Shown piece by piece: positions 41,833 to 52,881 of a DNA stretch of 64,000 bases. Position numbers and translations under genes: made by a program. Within the stretch, counting starts at the first letter, position 1; each line of letters begins with the position of its first letter. Under the pieces are notes generated by a model. It made no database searches. It saw only the letters and a program-made list of their open reading frames with translations, and was not told where the DNA came from. This stretch comes from Deltaproteobacteria bacterium (GTDB taxonomy: Bacteria; Myxococcota_A; Polyangia; Fen-1088): NCBI GenBank assembly GCA_033763315.1, contig JANRKS010000028.1, positions 1-64,000 of the forward strand, written 5' to 3'.

Positions 41833-41931
41833 GGGTCAGGGTCGCAAAATCGCTCACTTTTCTGCGTAAGAAAAGTGTGTTGTGTTTTTTGTGATCCGCA
41901 AAACCGCGTGGGTATTATCATCACGCCGCCC

Positions 41932-42810
41932 ATGTATTCTGTACAGAAGGTCTCCAACGTTCTAGGCGTGCCCGCGGATCGCCTGCGTTCGTACATGAAG
42001 GCCGGGTTTGTGACCCCGGCGCGTGACGAGGACGGAGAACTTCGTTTGTCGTTCCAGGATATGGTGTTGCTTCGTAAGGTGGAAGGGCTGTTGGGGCAGC
42101 AGATCCCGGCCAAGCGGGTGCACCAAGCCCTGCGCCGTCTGAAGCAAACGTTGGGCAGCACCCGGCCGCTGGCGGGTTTGAACCTCGATGTGGATGGCGA
42201 TCGTCTCATCGTGGACGAGGGCAACACGCGCTGGGATCCGACCTCGGGGCAGATGTTTTTGTCGTTCGCAGGCGGCGCACGAAAGCACTCGCAGGCCTCA
42301 GAGACCAACATCGCTCCTTTGGCACTGGCGCGCGAAGCCTCGGCGCAGGAGTCGCAAAAGCGAAAGAAGCTGCGCGGCGAACGCGGCCCGGACGGCCTGA
42401 CGGCGCACGAGCACTTCGAGCGCGGCTGTGGACTGGAAGAGCAAGACGCGGCGGCCGCGCGCGACGCCTACCAGGCGGCGATTGATTTGGATCCCGCGCA
42501 CGCAGACGCGCACATCAACCTGGGGCGACTGCTGCATGAATCAGGACACCCGGAGGCAGCACAGCTGCACTACCGCGTGGCTTTGACGGTGCGCCCCGAG
42601 GATCCCACCGCGTTCTTCAATTTGGGCGTGGCCCTCGAAGACACGGGCCGCCGTGCCGAGGCGGTGGAAGCCTATGAGTCGTCGATTGGCATCGACCCCT
42701 CCAACGCCGACGCCCACTACAATCTGGCGCGCTTGCTTGAACAATTGGGGCGCCCCGAAACAGCCGTCCGTCACCTGTTGATTTACCGCCAGCTGACGAA
42801 GCGCCGCTAG
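41932..42810 (+). CDS. MerR-like HTH fused to TPR repeats
   Basis: YSVQKVSNVLGVPADRLRSYMKAGFVTP..SFQDMV (MerR-like HTH); AHINLG, AFFNLGVAL and AHYNLARL TPR units. Confidence 0.85.
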   Translation: MYSVQKVSNVLGVPADRLRSYMKAGFVTPARDEDGELRLSFQDMVLLRKVEGLLGQQIPAKRVHQALRRLKQTLGSTRPLAGLNLDVDGDRLIVDEGNTRWDPTSGQMFLSFAGGARKHSQASETNIAPLALAREASAQESQKRKKLRGERGPDGLTAHEHFERGCGLEEQDAAAARDAYQAAIDLDPAHADAHINLGRLLHESGHPEAAQLHYRVALTVRPEDPTAFFNLGVALEDTGRRAEAVEAYESSIGIDPSNADAHYNLARLLEQLGRPETAVRHLLIYRQLTKRR

Positions 42811-42831
42811 CCGCGGCCACGCAGGCCTGCG

Positions 42832-43956
42832 ATGCAGGGCACATTCACTGAAAAGCACCTGCTGGGTTTGTGCGTGATTGCGCGCGATGAAGCGCACAAC
42901 CTGCCGCGGCTGCTGCACTCAGCGGCACCGTGGGTTGGCGAGATGGTTGTGGTGGACACGGGGTCAGTGGATGACACGGCCGCCGTGGCCACAGCGTTAG
43001 GCGCCCGCGTGGTTCACTCGCCCTGGCAGAACAGTTTTGCATTGGCCCGCAACGCTTCGCTGGACGCCGCCACGGCCCCCTGGGCGCTGGTGTTGGACGC
43101 AGACGAAGAGCTGGTGGTGACTGACGCCAAGGCATTCGCCCACGCTCTGCAAACCGTGCAGCATGCGTTCGCGTTGGACTGCCACGATCTGCGCGACGAT
43201 GGCTCATTTTCCGTGGCGCCCCTGCTGCGTTTGTTTCGTAACAAATCACCGTTGATGCGGTTCGAGGGCGCGGTTCATGAGCAACTTGTGGGCGTGGCGC
43301 GTGGCGGGGTGGGTGTCGCGCACGCGGCCTTTATGCACTTCCTTCACACCGGCCACACAAGCCAAGTGCTGGCGCAAAGGCATAAGGACCAGCGCAACCT
43401 GGATCTCGCGCGCGCGCAAGTGAGGCAAACGGCAGACGATCCCTTCGCGTGGTATTGCCTGGGCCAAGCGTTGCTCACGCAACCAACCCGGGAGCGCCAA
43501 GAGCAAGCCATCCTTGCTTTTGGCCAAGCCATGGGGCGATTGACGGCCGGCCACGAAGGCGAAGCGTATGTTGTTTCGTTGTTCTTGAGCCACGCACAAA
43601 CACTGTTGCAACTGCAACAGACTGACGAAGGGGTGGCGATCCTGAACGTGGCGTTGGCTGGATTTCCCGATAGCCCCGATCTGCGGTTGGCACGGGCGCG
43701 CGCGTACATGACGGCGGGCGATTATGCGCAAGCCGAGATTGATCTGCGGGCGTGCTTGGATGACAACGCAGCGGCCTTCTTCGTGCGGTTGAATCCCACG
43801 GCCACGGGTTACGAAGCGCGGCTGACGTTGGGACTGTGCTTGCTGCGCCAACAGCGTTGGAGCGAAGCTGAAGGCCATCTGCGCGCCGCAGCCGCCACTG
43901 CGCCTGCGGGAGACGAGCGCGCCAACGCGCTGCTTGGCACACTCAACTCACGATGA
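42832..43956 (+). CDS. GT2 family glycosyltransferase with TPR repeats
   Basis: CVIARDE, VVDTGSVD, FALARN, LVLDADE and FEGAVHE motifs; helical TPR-like C-terminus. Confidence 0.88.
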   Translation: MQGTFTEKHLLGLCVIARDEAHNLPRLLHSAAPWVGEMVVVDTGSVDDTAAVATALGARVVHSPWQNSFALARNASLDAATAPWALVLDADEELVVTDAKAFAHALQTVQHAFALDCHDLRDDGSFSVAPLLRLFRNKSPLMRFEGAVHEQLVGVARGGVGVAHAAFMHFLHTGHTSQVLAQRHKDQRNLDLARAQVRQTADDPFAWYCLGQALLTQPTRERQEQAILAFGQAMGRLTAGHEGEAYVVSLFLSHAQTLLQLQQTDEGVAILNVALAGFPDSPDLRLARARAYMTAGDYAQAEIDLRACLDDNAAAFFVRLNPTATGYEARLTLGLCLLRQQRWSEAEGHLRAAAATAPAGDERANALLGTLNSR

Positions 43957-44441
43957 CAAACACGCAGCAACTCACGGTGGTGGCACGAAGCCCAAGCGAG
44001 ACCCAAATGTGGGCTGAGCGGTTGGGGCGCGCCATGGGCGCCGGGGACGTATTGGCACTGACGGGTGGATTGGGCAGCGGCAAAACCACGTTCTGCCAAG
44101 GCTTGGCACGCGGCCTCGACGTGGGCGCTGATCGCGCGGTGGCCAGCCCTACGTTTGCTCTGGTGAACATTCACCCTGGACGCGTCACCTTTGCGCACGC
44201 CGACCTCTATCGCCTTAAGAGCGAAGCTGAACTTGAAGAGCTGGGCCTCGACGAGGCGATGGAACAGGGCGCGGCCGCCATCGAGTGGGCCGAACGGTTT
44301 GCACAGGTGCTGCCAAGCGACCATTTGTCGCTGCTGTTGCTCGCCGACGAAGCAGGCGTGCGCACGCTGGTGTTTAAAGCTCACGGGCCACGGGCCGCGC
44401 GCCTGTTGGCGGCCTTAGGCCCAAGCGCCTCGGTTGTGTGA
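43953..44441 (+). CDS. tsaE: tRNA t6A biosynthesis ATPase TsaE
   Basis: GGLGSGKTTF, VASPTF, HADLYRL and IEWAE motifs. Confidence 0.95.
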   Translation: MTNTQQLTVVARSPSETQMWAERLGRAMGAGDVLALTGGLGSGKTTFCQGLARGLDVGADRAVASPTFALVNIHPGRVTFAHADLYRLKSEAELEELGLDEAMEQGAAAIEWAERFAQVLPSDHLSLLLLADEAGVRTLVFKAHGPRAARLLAALGPSASVV

Positions 44442-44456
44442 TCGCGCCCCGCAAGC

Positions 44457-44500
44457 ACAACAACGCCCCCGGCTCTTGCGAGGCGGAGGCGCGTTGTTGT
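44457..44500. terminator. Bidirectional hairpin between convergent tsaE and ompA-like genes
   Basis: ACAACAACGC...GCGTTGTTGT outer stem enclosing a GC-rich inner stem. Confidence 0.65.
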
Positions 44501-44515
44501 CGCACTGACTGTTTA

Positions 44516-46045
44516 CTATTTCGTAATCAGTTTGAATTCGATGCGACGGTTTTGTTCGCGGCCCTTCTTGGTCGCGTTCGGAGCGATCGGCTGGTCAGGC
44601 CCGTAGCCTTTGCTCTCGATGCGGCTTGCATCGATGCCCGCCGAAACGAGGTACTCCTTCACGGAGTCGGCGCGATCATGTGACAGCTGCATGTTCTTCT
44701 CAGGTACGCCTTCAGAAGAGGTGTGGCCTGAGATTTCGATGCGCAGATCTGGGTAATCCTTCAGCACCTTGACGGCGCCCGCCAAGACTTTGAAAGAAGA
44801 CTTGGCGATGGCAGCCGAGTTCTTCTTGAACGTGATGCCCTGAATGACGCCCGTGAACTTTTGCACCTCTTTGGGAAGCTCGTCGGGGCAGCCGTCACCG
44901 TCTTGGAAGCCGTTTTTGGTTTCAAGTTCGGTGGGGCACTTGTCGTCAGCGTCCAGCACACCGTCGCCGTCGTTGTCGGGATCGGGACAGCCATCTTCAT
45001 CTTGGAAGCCATCGGCGTCTTCGGCCTCCGTGGGGCATTTATCAGCGGAGCCGAACAGACCATCTTTGTCTTCGTCGCTCTCAGGGCAGCCGTCTTGATC
45101 GTCAACGCCGTTCATGGTTTCGGCTTCAAGCGGGCACTTATCCACGCCATCGAGCACGCCATCGTTGTCGTTGTCAGGATCGGGGCAGCCGTCTTCGTCT
45201 TGGAAGTTATCGACGTCTTCCTTTTCCGTCGGGCATTGATCCTCTGGATCAAGCAAGCCGTCGCCGTCTGTGTCTGCAGGCGGGGGTGGCGGTGGGGGCG
45301 GTGGGGGCGGAGATCCACCGAACTTCACGCCAAGACCGGCCAACAACTCAAAGCTGGGTGTAACGCCGCCATCGTGCCAGTCGGGCAACCACGACGTGCG
45401 CGCGTCAAAGCGTGCAAGCAGCGTCTTCGAAATGTCCCACTTCATGCCGGCGCCGACGTGGAAGCCACCGTCCTTATCCTTCTCTTCAATGCCGCCCTTA
45501 ATGGCGCTGCCGTCCGTGTCGGCCACTTGGGCCAAATTCACACCGGCGAGCACGAAGGGACGGAAATCGCCCCACGTGGCCACGTGAGCCAGCAAGTGCA
45601 GGCGGTAGATCATGATGAAGGCAGCGATGTCGTCGCGGCGATCGGAGGTGGGAAGGCCCGAGACTTCGCTTTCAATCCCGATGGTCGGGAGGAAGTTCAA
45701 AGCCAAGCGCAAACCAAACTGACCCGAGAAATTGGGGCCACGCCCGGGGCTGTCGGCCACGCCCAGTTCCAGGTCCTTCGCCCACAGGTGATACCCCCCG
45801 AACAGCCCGAGTTCGACCTGCAGGCCACGCGGTTCACCACTGGGGGCGGCCGCGGCCGGCGGTGGAAGCTCGAGCGTCTTGTCCGCTTCGATGCTTTGGG
45901 CTGGAGTTGAAGCCGGAGCGGCAGGCGCTGCGGCGGGGTCTTCGACCGCAGGTGAAGCTGGCTCTTGGGCGTACGCCGTTGCGCCAACCCCCAACCAAAT
46001 TCCACAAGCGGCACTCAGGATGTTTCTTGATTTCGTCCGTTGCAT
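44516..46045 (-). CDS. OmpA family outer-membrane protein with thrombospondin type-3-like repeats
   Basis: Signal peptide (ATAYA), beta-barrel region, poly-Pro linker, DxDxDG..D.CP repeats, then IEISGHT...LSHDRA...NRRIEF. Confidence 0.92.
   Translation of the reverse strand: MQRTKSRNILSAACGIWLGVGATAYAQEPASPAVEDPAAAPAAPASTPAQSIEADKTLELPPPAAAAPSGEPRGLQVELGLFGGYHLWAKDLELGVADSPGRGPNFSGQFGLRLALNFLPTIGIESEVSGLPTSDRRDDIAAFIMIYRLHLLAHVATWGDFRPFVLAGVNLAQVADTDGSAIKGGIEEKDKDGGFHVGAGMKWDISKTLLARFDARTSWLPDWHDGGVTPSFELLAGLGVKFGGSPPPPPPPPPPPADTDGDGLLDPEDQCPTEKEDVDNFQDEDGCPDPDNDNDGVLDGVDKCPLEAETMNGVDDQDGCPESDEDKDGLFGSADKCPTEAEDADGFQDEDGCPDPDNDGDGVLDADDKCPTELETKNGFQDGDGCPDELPKEVQKFTGVIQGITFKKNSAAIAKSSFKVLAGAVKVLKDYPDLRIEISGHTSSEGVPEKNMQLSHDRADSVKEYLVSAGIDASRIESKGYGPDQPIAPNATKKGREQNRRIEFKLITK
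44881..45276 (-). repeat. Coding tandem TSP3-like Ca-binding repeats (D-x-D-x-D-G...D-K-C-P-x-E...DGCP)
   Basis: About four 33-aa units are visible at protein and DNA level. Confidence 0.85.
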
Positions 46046-46169
46046 TCCACGTCTCCCGATGGCTCTCTAGCGGTGCCAGTATATCGACGCAGCCGGCGCG
46101 CGGAAGTTTTCTTGACGCAAAAAGGCTTAAAGTTGCATACAGTCGCCTCACCTACACATTCGTGCAGTC

Positions 46170-47882
46170 ATGGGCGTTTCAGTTAGGGATCAAAGGCCGC
46201 CGGCGCGCCGCCCGGCGTGGCTGTGGCTGCTGACCTGCCTCAGTTGTTGTGCGGCTTCGCCAAACGTCGCCGCGAACGAGAATGTGGTGATCTCCATCGT
46301 GGGCACGAGCGATCTGCATGGGCACATCGAGGTGTTGCCCACGCTCGGCGGTTATGTGAAGAACCTGCGGGCCGCACGCAAGGCGGACGGCGGCGCGGTG
46401 TTGCTGGTGGATGCCGGGGACATGTTTCAGGGCACGCTGGCCTCCAACAGCACCGAAGGCCAAGTGGTGGTCCAGGCCTATAACGAACTGGGGTATGCAG
46501 CGGCCGCCGTGGGCAATCATGAGTTCGATTTTGGTCCTGTCGGCCCACGAGACAACGCCGGCGATTCGACCGACGACCCCCGCGGCGCTTTGCGGGCGCG
46601 CGCGGCCGAGGCTCGCTTTGCATTCCTGATGGCCAACGTAGTCGACGACGCCAAGGGCAAACCACTGACCGGGAAGAACCTGATGCCAAGTGTTTTGCTG
46701 AACGCTGCGGGCCTAAAGGTGGGCGTTGTGGGCGTGACGACGATCGACACACCCAAATCCACGTTGGCGGCGAACATTCAGGGTCTGCACATGCAACCGC
46801 TGGCGCTGGCCGTGGCCACCCAGGCACAAGCGTTGCGGCAGCGTGGCGCACGGATTGTGTTGGTGTTGGCGCACGCGGGAGGCTCGTGTCGCCGCTTTGA
46901 TGTTCCCACCGACATCGGTTCGTGTGCCACCGGCGCGGGAGACACCGAGATCTTCGATGTGGCGCGGGCCCTGCCCCGCGGTGCCGTTGACGCCATCGTT
47001 GCGGGCCACACCCATGCGGCCGTGGCTCACGAGGTTAACGGCATTCCCATCGTGCAATCCTATGCGCACGGGCGCGCGTTTGGACGCATCGATCTGGTGT
47101 GGGACGCGAGAGCCAAGCGCGTGCGGGAACACCATATCTTTCCCCCACAAAATTTGTGCAAAGGTCGCTCCGCGAAATCGCCCTCCGGGTGTGTTGCCTT
47201 CCCCTATGAAGGCCGCAAAGTCGAGCCCGATCTTGCGACGCAGAGATTGGCCGCGTCCGCTGAGAAACGGGTAAATGAAGTTTCGTCGCAACCGTTGGGC
47301 GCCACCGCCTCGGCCGCCTTCCAACGCGACTATGACGACGAATCGGCGTTGGGCAACCTGGTTGTGGATCTTATGCGTGCGGCGCGGCCTCAGGCCGACG
47401 TGGCTTTGACCAATGGCGGCGGCTTGCGCAGTGATCTGGCCGCGGGCCCGATCACGTACGGGCGGCTGTTTGAGGTTGTGCCGTTCGATAACACATTCGC
47501 TTTGGCCAGCGTGACCGGCAAACAACTGGCCGCAATGTTCGCTCACAACTTGAAAAGCAAAGGCGGCTTCCTATCACAATCGGGACTGCAGATCACATCG
47601 CGCTGCGAAGGTGCAAAGTTGCTTGTGCGGCTTGCAAGACCCGATGGAAAACCCATCGAAGAGGGCGAGACCCTTACGATGGTGACAAACAGCTTCTTGG
47701 CATCGGGAGGAGATGCTGCATTTGAAAAGCTGCCTTTCCAGGTGGAAGCCGCGCCGCCCTTGCGCGATGAACTCGTTAAAGTGATCGGCCAGCGAGGCGG
47801 TGTGATTGCGCCTTCAGAGTTCACCGCGCAACGACGCCACCAGTATCCGGGGCCGCGCCCCGTTCGCTGCCCGCAGAACTAA
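46170..47882 (+). CDS. Bifunctional metallophosphatase / 5'-nucleotidase (UshA-like), exported
   Basis: SDLHG, DAGDMFQG, GNHEFD, GHTH, NGGGLR, PFDN and FLASGGD motifs. Confidence 0.92.
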   Translation: MGVSVRDQRPPARRPAWLWLLTCLSCCAASPNVAANENVVISIVGTSDLHGHIEVLPTLGGYVKNLRAARKADGGAVLLVDAGDMFQGTLASNSTEGQVVVQAYNELGYAAAAVGNHEFDFGPVGPRDNAGDSTDDPRGALRARAAEARFAFLMANVVDDAKGKPLTGKNLMPSVLLNAAGLKVGVVGVTTIDTPKSTLAANIQGLHMQPLALAVATQAQALRQRGARIVLVLAHAGGSCRRFDVPTDIGSCATGAGDTEIFDVARALPRGAVDAIVAGHTHAAVAHEVNGIPIVQSYAHGRAFGRIDLVWDARAKRVREHHIFPPQNLCKGRSAKSPSGCVAFPYEGRKVEPDLATQRLAASAEKRVNEVSSQPLGATASAAFQRDYDDESALGNLVVDLMRAARPQADVALTNGGGLRSDLAAGPITYGRLFEVVPFDNTFALASVTGKQLAAMFAHNLKSKGGFLSQSGLQITSRCEGAKLLVRLARPDGKPIEEGETLTMVTNSFLASGGDAAFEKLPFQVEAAPPLRDELVKVIGQRGGVIAPSEFTAQRRHQYPGPRPVRCPQN

Positions 47883-47894
47883 AACAGCAAGCGG

Positions 47895-49997
47895 CTAAGA
47901 GACGGCTTCGATGAGGCGCTGCGCCGCCTCGATAGATTCGGTCGTGCCCGTGATCGCCAATACGTCGCCTTCGGACAAACGTTCGTGCCCCGTGGGCACC
48001 ACAATCGCACCACCTGCGCGCGTGATGGCCAGCACGGTTGCACCAGTGAGCCCGCGCAGGTTCAACTCAACCAACGTCTTGCCGATCGCCGGGCTGCGAG
48101 GTTTAACAGGCAAAGGCACGGGCGCGCCCAACCCTGGCAGGGACTGCTTAACAACGCTGAGGTTATCCATGGTGATATGCGTACCGCTTTGGTTGGGGTC
48201 GTGGTGCGGCTCGGTGCCTTGCGCCGCCAACACTTCAACGATCACCTGCGCGCCGGCCCGCACGTGCCCTTGCAGATTGGTGGCGCTTCGCCAGAAGGTG
48301 ATCCCCAGCACGGCCACCACCAACAAGAAGACCGCGGCGCCCTCAAAGCTGGGCAAGAACGGTTGGGTCACAGCCACCAGCGGCGCCCCAAACACCAACG
48401 CAACGGCTAGCTGCAAGGACACCACAAACGCGCGGCGAGGCGCCGCTGCCAGATCCAACTGCCCCTTGCCCGCACGAGGCAACGCGAGCTCGGCCAGTTC
48501 ACCCCCAATTGTGCGCGCCAAGCGAATGGCGCCTAAGCAAAACGGAGATCCAATCACCACCGCGACGGCCACAACAACGATGTGAGCCAACCAGACGTTG
48601 CCGTGCAGGAAGGGTGACACGCGTTGGACCAATGACTTTAACGAGAGGCTGGCGCCGATGATCACGGCGGCGAGAGCCACCACGTCCCCCAACATCAACG
48701 CCAAACGGCGACGCATGCGGCGGGCTGGCGTTTGCGGGCCGCGCGCGGGGGACGACAAGCGTTCGAACCATGTACCGTAAAGCGCGCAGAAAGTTTGCAA
48801 CGCCGGCGGCAGACGTTCGTAAAAACGCGCCGACGCCCGGCCTGAAGCTTTCACCAACAGCGGCGTCAACAACGTGGTGGCCACAGAAACGGAAACAACC
48901 ACCGGAAAGAGAAACGGCCGCACCACGCCCAGGGTGAGGCCCAACCCGACGAGGATGAAAGAGAACTCACCGATCTGCGCCATGCTCATGCCAGCCTGCA
49001 CAGATGTGCGGACGCTGTGGCCCGACAAGAACGACGCGACCGACACGGACAAGAGTTTGCCGGCAAGCACCACCGCGGTGAGCACCAGGACGGCGCCCCA
49101 ATTGGCGGTGACCAACTTTGGATCGATCAGCATGCCCACCGACACGAAGAAGATGGCGGCGAACATGTCGCGGATGGGTTTAACGAGCCTTTCCACGCGG
49201 TGGCCCGCACCACTTTCAGACACCAGGGAACCTGCCAAGAACGCGCCAAGTGCCACGGAATAACCGAATTTCTGCACCAACAACGCCATGGCGAAACACA
49301 GACCCACGCTGGCCACCAATGTTGTTTCGGAACGGCCGAGGCGCAGGATAAAACGCATCAGACGCGGCACCACCATCATGCCCACCACCAACAGCACCAC
49401 CAAGAAACCCAGCAGCTTGCCGGTGGTGGATGCCAACGTGCCCATCGTGTCGTTAACCGATCGCGCCTGCCCTGAAACCACGGCAGGCAGCGTGGCCAAC
49501 AACAAGATGGCGATGAGATCTTCGAAGATGAGCACGCCGAAGACAACTTCTTTGATGCGCTCATCGATCTTTTGCTCTTCGAAAGTCTTGGCGATGATCG
49601 TGGTGCTGGAGATCGACACGGCGGCCGCGGTTAACATCGCTTCGGCCGGGCTCCAGCCAAACAGCTTTGCGGTCACGAAACCAAGCCACAACATGGCGCT
49701 GACTTCGATGGCGGCCACGGCGGCGATGCCGATGCCCCGGCGCAGCAGCTTGCGGATGCTGAACTCAAGCCCGAGTGAAAACATCACCAGGATCACGCCG
49801 AGTTCTGAGAGCGTTTCGATGATGCCCTGGTCGGCGAACAGGGGCATCGGAAAATGGGGGCCCACAAGCAGGCCCGCCATCACATACCCAAGCACAACCG
49901 GTTGCTTGAGGCGCTGAAACAAGACGGTGGTGACGGCCGCCACGCAGAGGACCAGCGCTAGGTTGGTGAGGAAGACGTGAGGGCCGTGCACAGCCAA
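47895..49997 (-). CDS. CPA2 cation:proton antiporter with TrkA-C domain
   Basis: [38 protein letters not shown] and QIGEFSF motifs; C-terminal [17 protein letters not shown]. Confidence 0.92.
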   Translation of the reverse strand: MAVHGPHVFLTNLALVLCVAAVTTVLFQRLKQPVVLGYVMAGLLVGPHFPMPLFADQGIIETLSELGVILVMFSLGLEFSIRKLLRRGIGIAAVAAIEVSAMLWLGFVTAKLFGWSPAEAMLTAAAVSISSTTIIAKTFEEQKIDERIKEVVFGVLIFEDLIAILLLATLPAVVSGQARSVNDTMGTLASTTGKLLGFLVVLLVVGMMVVPRLMRFILRLGRSETTLVASVGLCFAMALLVQKFGYSVALGAFLAGSLVSESGAGHRVERLVKPIRDMFAAIFFVSVGMLIDPKLVTANWGAVLVLTAVVLAGKLLSVSVASFLSGHSVRTSVQAGMSMAQIGEFSFILVGLGLTLGVVRPFLFPVVVSVSVATTLLTPLLVKASGRASARFYERLPPALQTFCALYGTWFERLSSPARGPQTPARRMRRRLALMLGDVVALAAVIIGASLSLKSLVQRVSPFLHGNVWLAHIVVVAVAVVIGSPFCLGAIRLARTIGGELAELALPRAGKGQLDLAAAPRRAFVVSLQLAVALVFGAPLVAVTQPFLPSFEGAAVFLLVVAVLGITFWRSATNLQGHVRAGAQVIVEVLAAQGTEPHHDPNQSGTHITMDNLSVVKQSLPGLGAPVPLPVKPRSPAIGKTLVELNLRGLTGATVLAITRAGGAIVVPTGHERLSEGDVLAITGTTESIEAAQRLIEAVS

Positions 49998-50073
49998 AGT
50001 ATCCAGCGTTGGCCCGAGCGCGTCCAGGTTTTGCTATTGTGGCGCCAGTTACATACGGTCCCGCACCGGAGGA

Positions 50074-51786
50074 ATGAAAGTGCCCCACGATAAACCTGCC
50101 GCCTTGAACGAAACCAGCAGCTGGAACGCCCTGCAAGCCCACGCCCAGAAGTTGGGCCACACCAGCATGCGCGCGCTGTTTGCGGCGGAGCCCGACCGCG
50201 CCCAACGACTCAGCCTGGCGCTCGGCGGTTTTACCGTGGACTTCTCAAAGAACATCGTCACCGATGAAACGTTGCGGTTGCTGCGCGACCTGGCCCGTGA
50301 GGCCGGCGTTGAACGATTGCGCGACGCCATGTTCGCGGGCGAGAAGATCAACATCACCGAAGATCGGGCGGTGTTGCATGTGGCGTTGCGCAACCGTTCG
50401 AACCGGCCGATCGTGGTGGACGGCGAAGATGTGATGCCCCAGGTGAACGCCGCACTGGCGAAGATGAAGGTGTTCTCGGATCAAGTGCGGGCGGGCGGCT
50501 GGCTCGGGTTCACCGGCAAACCGATCAACACGATTGTGAACATTGGAATTGGTGGGTCGGATCTGGGCCCGGTTATGATCACCGAAGCGCTGAAGCCCTA
50601 TGCGAAGCGTGACTTGGCTGTGCACTTTGTTTCAAATGTCGACGGCGCGCACATTCAAGAGACGCTGCGGCTTTTGGATCCGCAAACGACTCTTTTCATC
50701 GTGGCGTCGAAAACGTTCACCACGCAAGAGACCATGCGCAACGCGCATACAGCCCGCCGTTGGTTCTTGGCGCAAGCCACGGATGAAGCGCACATCGCCA
50801 AGCATTTTGTGGCGCTTTCCACCAACAGCACGGAGGTGGCGAAGTTCGGCATTTCAACCAGCAACATGTTCGAGTTCTGGGACTGGGTGGGCGGCCGTTA
50901 TTCGTTGTGGTCCTCGATCGGTCTGCCCATCGCGCTGGCGGTGGGGTACGACAACTTCGAGCGATTGCTTGCAGGGGCACACGCGATGGACGAGCATTTT
51001 CGCACGGCGCCGCTCGAGAAAAATTTGCCCGCCACGTTGGCGTTGCTGGGCGTTTGGTACAACAACTTCATGAACGCCGATAGCCACGCGGTGTTGCCTT
51101 ATGACCAGTATCTGCACCGGCTGCCCGCTTACTTGCAGCAAGGCGACATGGAGAGCAACGGCAAGCGCGTGACACGGCAAGGGGCCGCCATCGCGTATCA
51201 AACGGGCCCGATCATTTGGGGCGAGCCTGGGACCAACGGCCAGCACGCGTTTTACCAATTGATTCACCAAGGCACGAAGCTGATCCCGTGCGACTTCATC
51301 GCGTCGATCGAGGCGCCTCATAGGCGGGGCGGCCTCACGCCGGCGCTGGCGTGCATTGAGGAGGATCTCAACGATCACCACGAAAAGCTGCTGGCCAACT
51401 GTTTTGCGCAATCGGAGGCGTTGATGCGCGGCAAAACGGAGGCGGAGGCGCGTGCTGAACTGGATGCCGAAGTGGCGGCGGGAAAGCTTTCAGGGGCCGC
51501 GCGAGATGCCTTGCTGCCGCACAAAGTGTTTCCTGGCAACCGGCCTAGCAACACGATCTTGTATCCAGCGCTCGATCCCTACACGCTGGGGCTTTTGGTG
51601 GCGCTTTACGAGCATAAGATCTTCGTGCAAGGCGCCGTGTGGAACGTGAACTCGTTCGATCAGTGGGGCGTTGAGCTGGGCAAGCAATTGGCCAAGGGCG
51701 TGTTAGCGGATCTGGGCACCAAAGCCACCACCACCAACCACGACAGTTCTACCAACGCGCTGATCAACGCCGCCAAAAGCGTGTGA
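50074..51786 (+). CDS. pgi: Glucose-6-phosphate isomerase
   Basis: [40 protein letters not shown] and [10 protein letters not shown] motifs. Confidence 0.98.
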   Translation: MKVPHDKPAALNETSSWNALQAHAQKLGHTSMRALFAAEPDRAQRLSLALGGFTVDFSKNIVTDETLRLLRDLAREAGVERLRDAMFAGEKINITEDRAVLHVALRNRSNRPIVVDGEDVMPQVNAALAKMKVFSDQVRAGGWLGFTGKPINTIVNIGIGGSDLGPVMITEALKPYAKRDLAVHFVSNVDGAHIQETLRLLDPQTTLFIVASKTFTTQETMRNAHTARRWFLAQATDEAHIAKHFVALSTNSTEVAKFGISTSNMFEFWDWVGGRYSLWSSIGLPIALAVGYDNFERLLAGAHAMDEHFRTAPLEKNLPATLALLGVWYNNFMNADSHAVLPYDQYLHRLPAYLQQGDMESNGKRVTRQGAAIAYQTGPIIWGEPGTNGQHAFYQLIHQGTKLIPCDFIASIEAPHRRGGLTPALACIEEDLNDHHEKLLANCFAQSEALMRGKTEAEARAELDAEVAAGKLSGAARDALLPHKVFPGNRPSNTILYPALDPYTLGLLVALYEHKIFVQGAVWNVNSFDQWGVELGKQLAKGVLADLGTKATTTNHDSSTNALINAAKSV

Positions 51787-51814
51787 CCAGCGCGTGGGCG
51801 CCGGGGCGCATGGC

Positions 51815-52771
51815 TTAAACCAGCGTCTCGGCGAACTTCTCGAGCTTGCGGCCGTCCGCGTAGAACTTGCGAATGCCGTCCGATAGCTTGTCCACGGCCA
51901 TCGCATCCTCGTTATGCGCGAACCGATAAGCCTTTTCATCGAGGTGAACCTTCGGAACGTCTGCCTTCTTGGCCGCCGCGGGATCCAGGCGACGGGGCAA
52001 GGTGCCTTCCTTTTCCGACAAGGTGGCCAAAATGTCGGGGCTGATGGTCAGCAAGTCGCTGCCACACAGGCGCGTGACTTGTTCCACTTTGCGGAAGCTC
52101 GCGCCCATGACTTCGGTCTTGTAGTCGTATTTTTTGTAATACGTGTAGATGCGTTCAACAGAGGCCACGCCGGGATCCTCTTCGGGGGCGATGTCTTTTA
52201 CGCCGCGCTCTTTGAGGTAGTAATCGTAAATGCGGCCCACAAACGGCGAGATCAGCGTGACGCCCGCTTCGGCACAGGCCACCGCTTGCGCGAAGCTGAA
52301 CAACAGCGTGAGGTTGCAGTGAATGCCCTCTTTTTCCAGACGTTCAGCGGCTTTGATGCCTTCCCAAGTTGAACCAAGCTTGATCAAGATGCGGTTGCGA
52401 TCGATGCCGGCCTTGGCGTAAAGTGCGATGAGCTCGCGCGCTTTGGTCACCGAACCTTCGATGTCGAAGCTGAAGCTGGCATCCACTTCGGTGGACACGC
52501 GGCCGGGGATGATCTTCAAGATCTCGCAACCAAAGTTCACGGCCAATTTGTCCATGAAGGCGGTGGTACGCGCTGACTTGTCACCACTGATGGAGTTCGA
52601 GAACTTGAGCGCCTCGTCCACAAGCCCGCGGTATTGGGGCATCTGGGCGGCCTTCAACAGCAGCGAAGGGTTGGTGGTGGCGTCTTGCGGCTTGTGTTTG
52701 GCGATCGCTTCAATGTCGCCTGTATCGGCAACCACAACCGTGTGCTGTTTCAGTGATTCAAGCAGTGTCAT
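51815..52771 (-). CDS. tal: Transaldolase
   Basis: [39 protein letters not shown] and MGASFR motifs; start ATG 52771. Confidence 0.97.
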   Translation of the reverse strand: MTLLESLKQHTVVVADTGDIEAIAKHKPQDATTNPSLLLKAAQMPQYRGLVDEALKFSNSISGDKSARTTAFMDKLAVNFGCEILKIIPGRVSTEVDASFSFDIEGSVTKARELIALYAKAGIDRNRILIKLGSTWEGIKAAERLEKEGIHCNLTLLFSFAQAVACAEAGVTLISPFVGRIYDYYLKERGVKDIAPEEDPGVASVERIYTYYKKYDYKTEVMGASFRKVEQVTRLCGSDLLTISPDILATLSEKEGTLPRRLDPAAAKKADVPKVHLDEKAYRFAHNEDAMAVDKLSDGIRKFYADGRKLEKFAETLV

Positions 52772-52881
52772 CGTGGGACTCCTCGGGCCTGCGGGCCCCC
52801 TGGGGGCGTGTGCTTTGTGTTCAGGGAACTTTAGCGGACGCGCCCGGCCGGGGGTAGCATGGGTGGTGCATTTGTGGCCCG

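Noticed and set aside
41779-41931. Replication origin
   Set aside because: Only one perfect DnaA box and no dnaA/dnaN/gidA context.
44881-45310. Tandem DNA repeats as a possible CRISPR or VNTR
   Set aside because: They are in-frame degenerate TSP3-like coding repeats and a poly-Pro linker of the OmpA protein, with no repeat-spacer structure.
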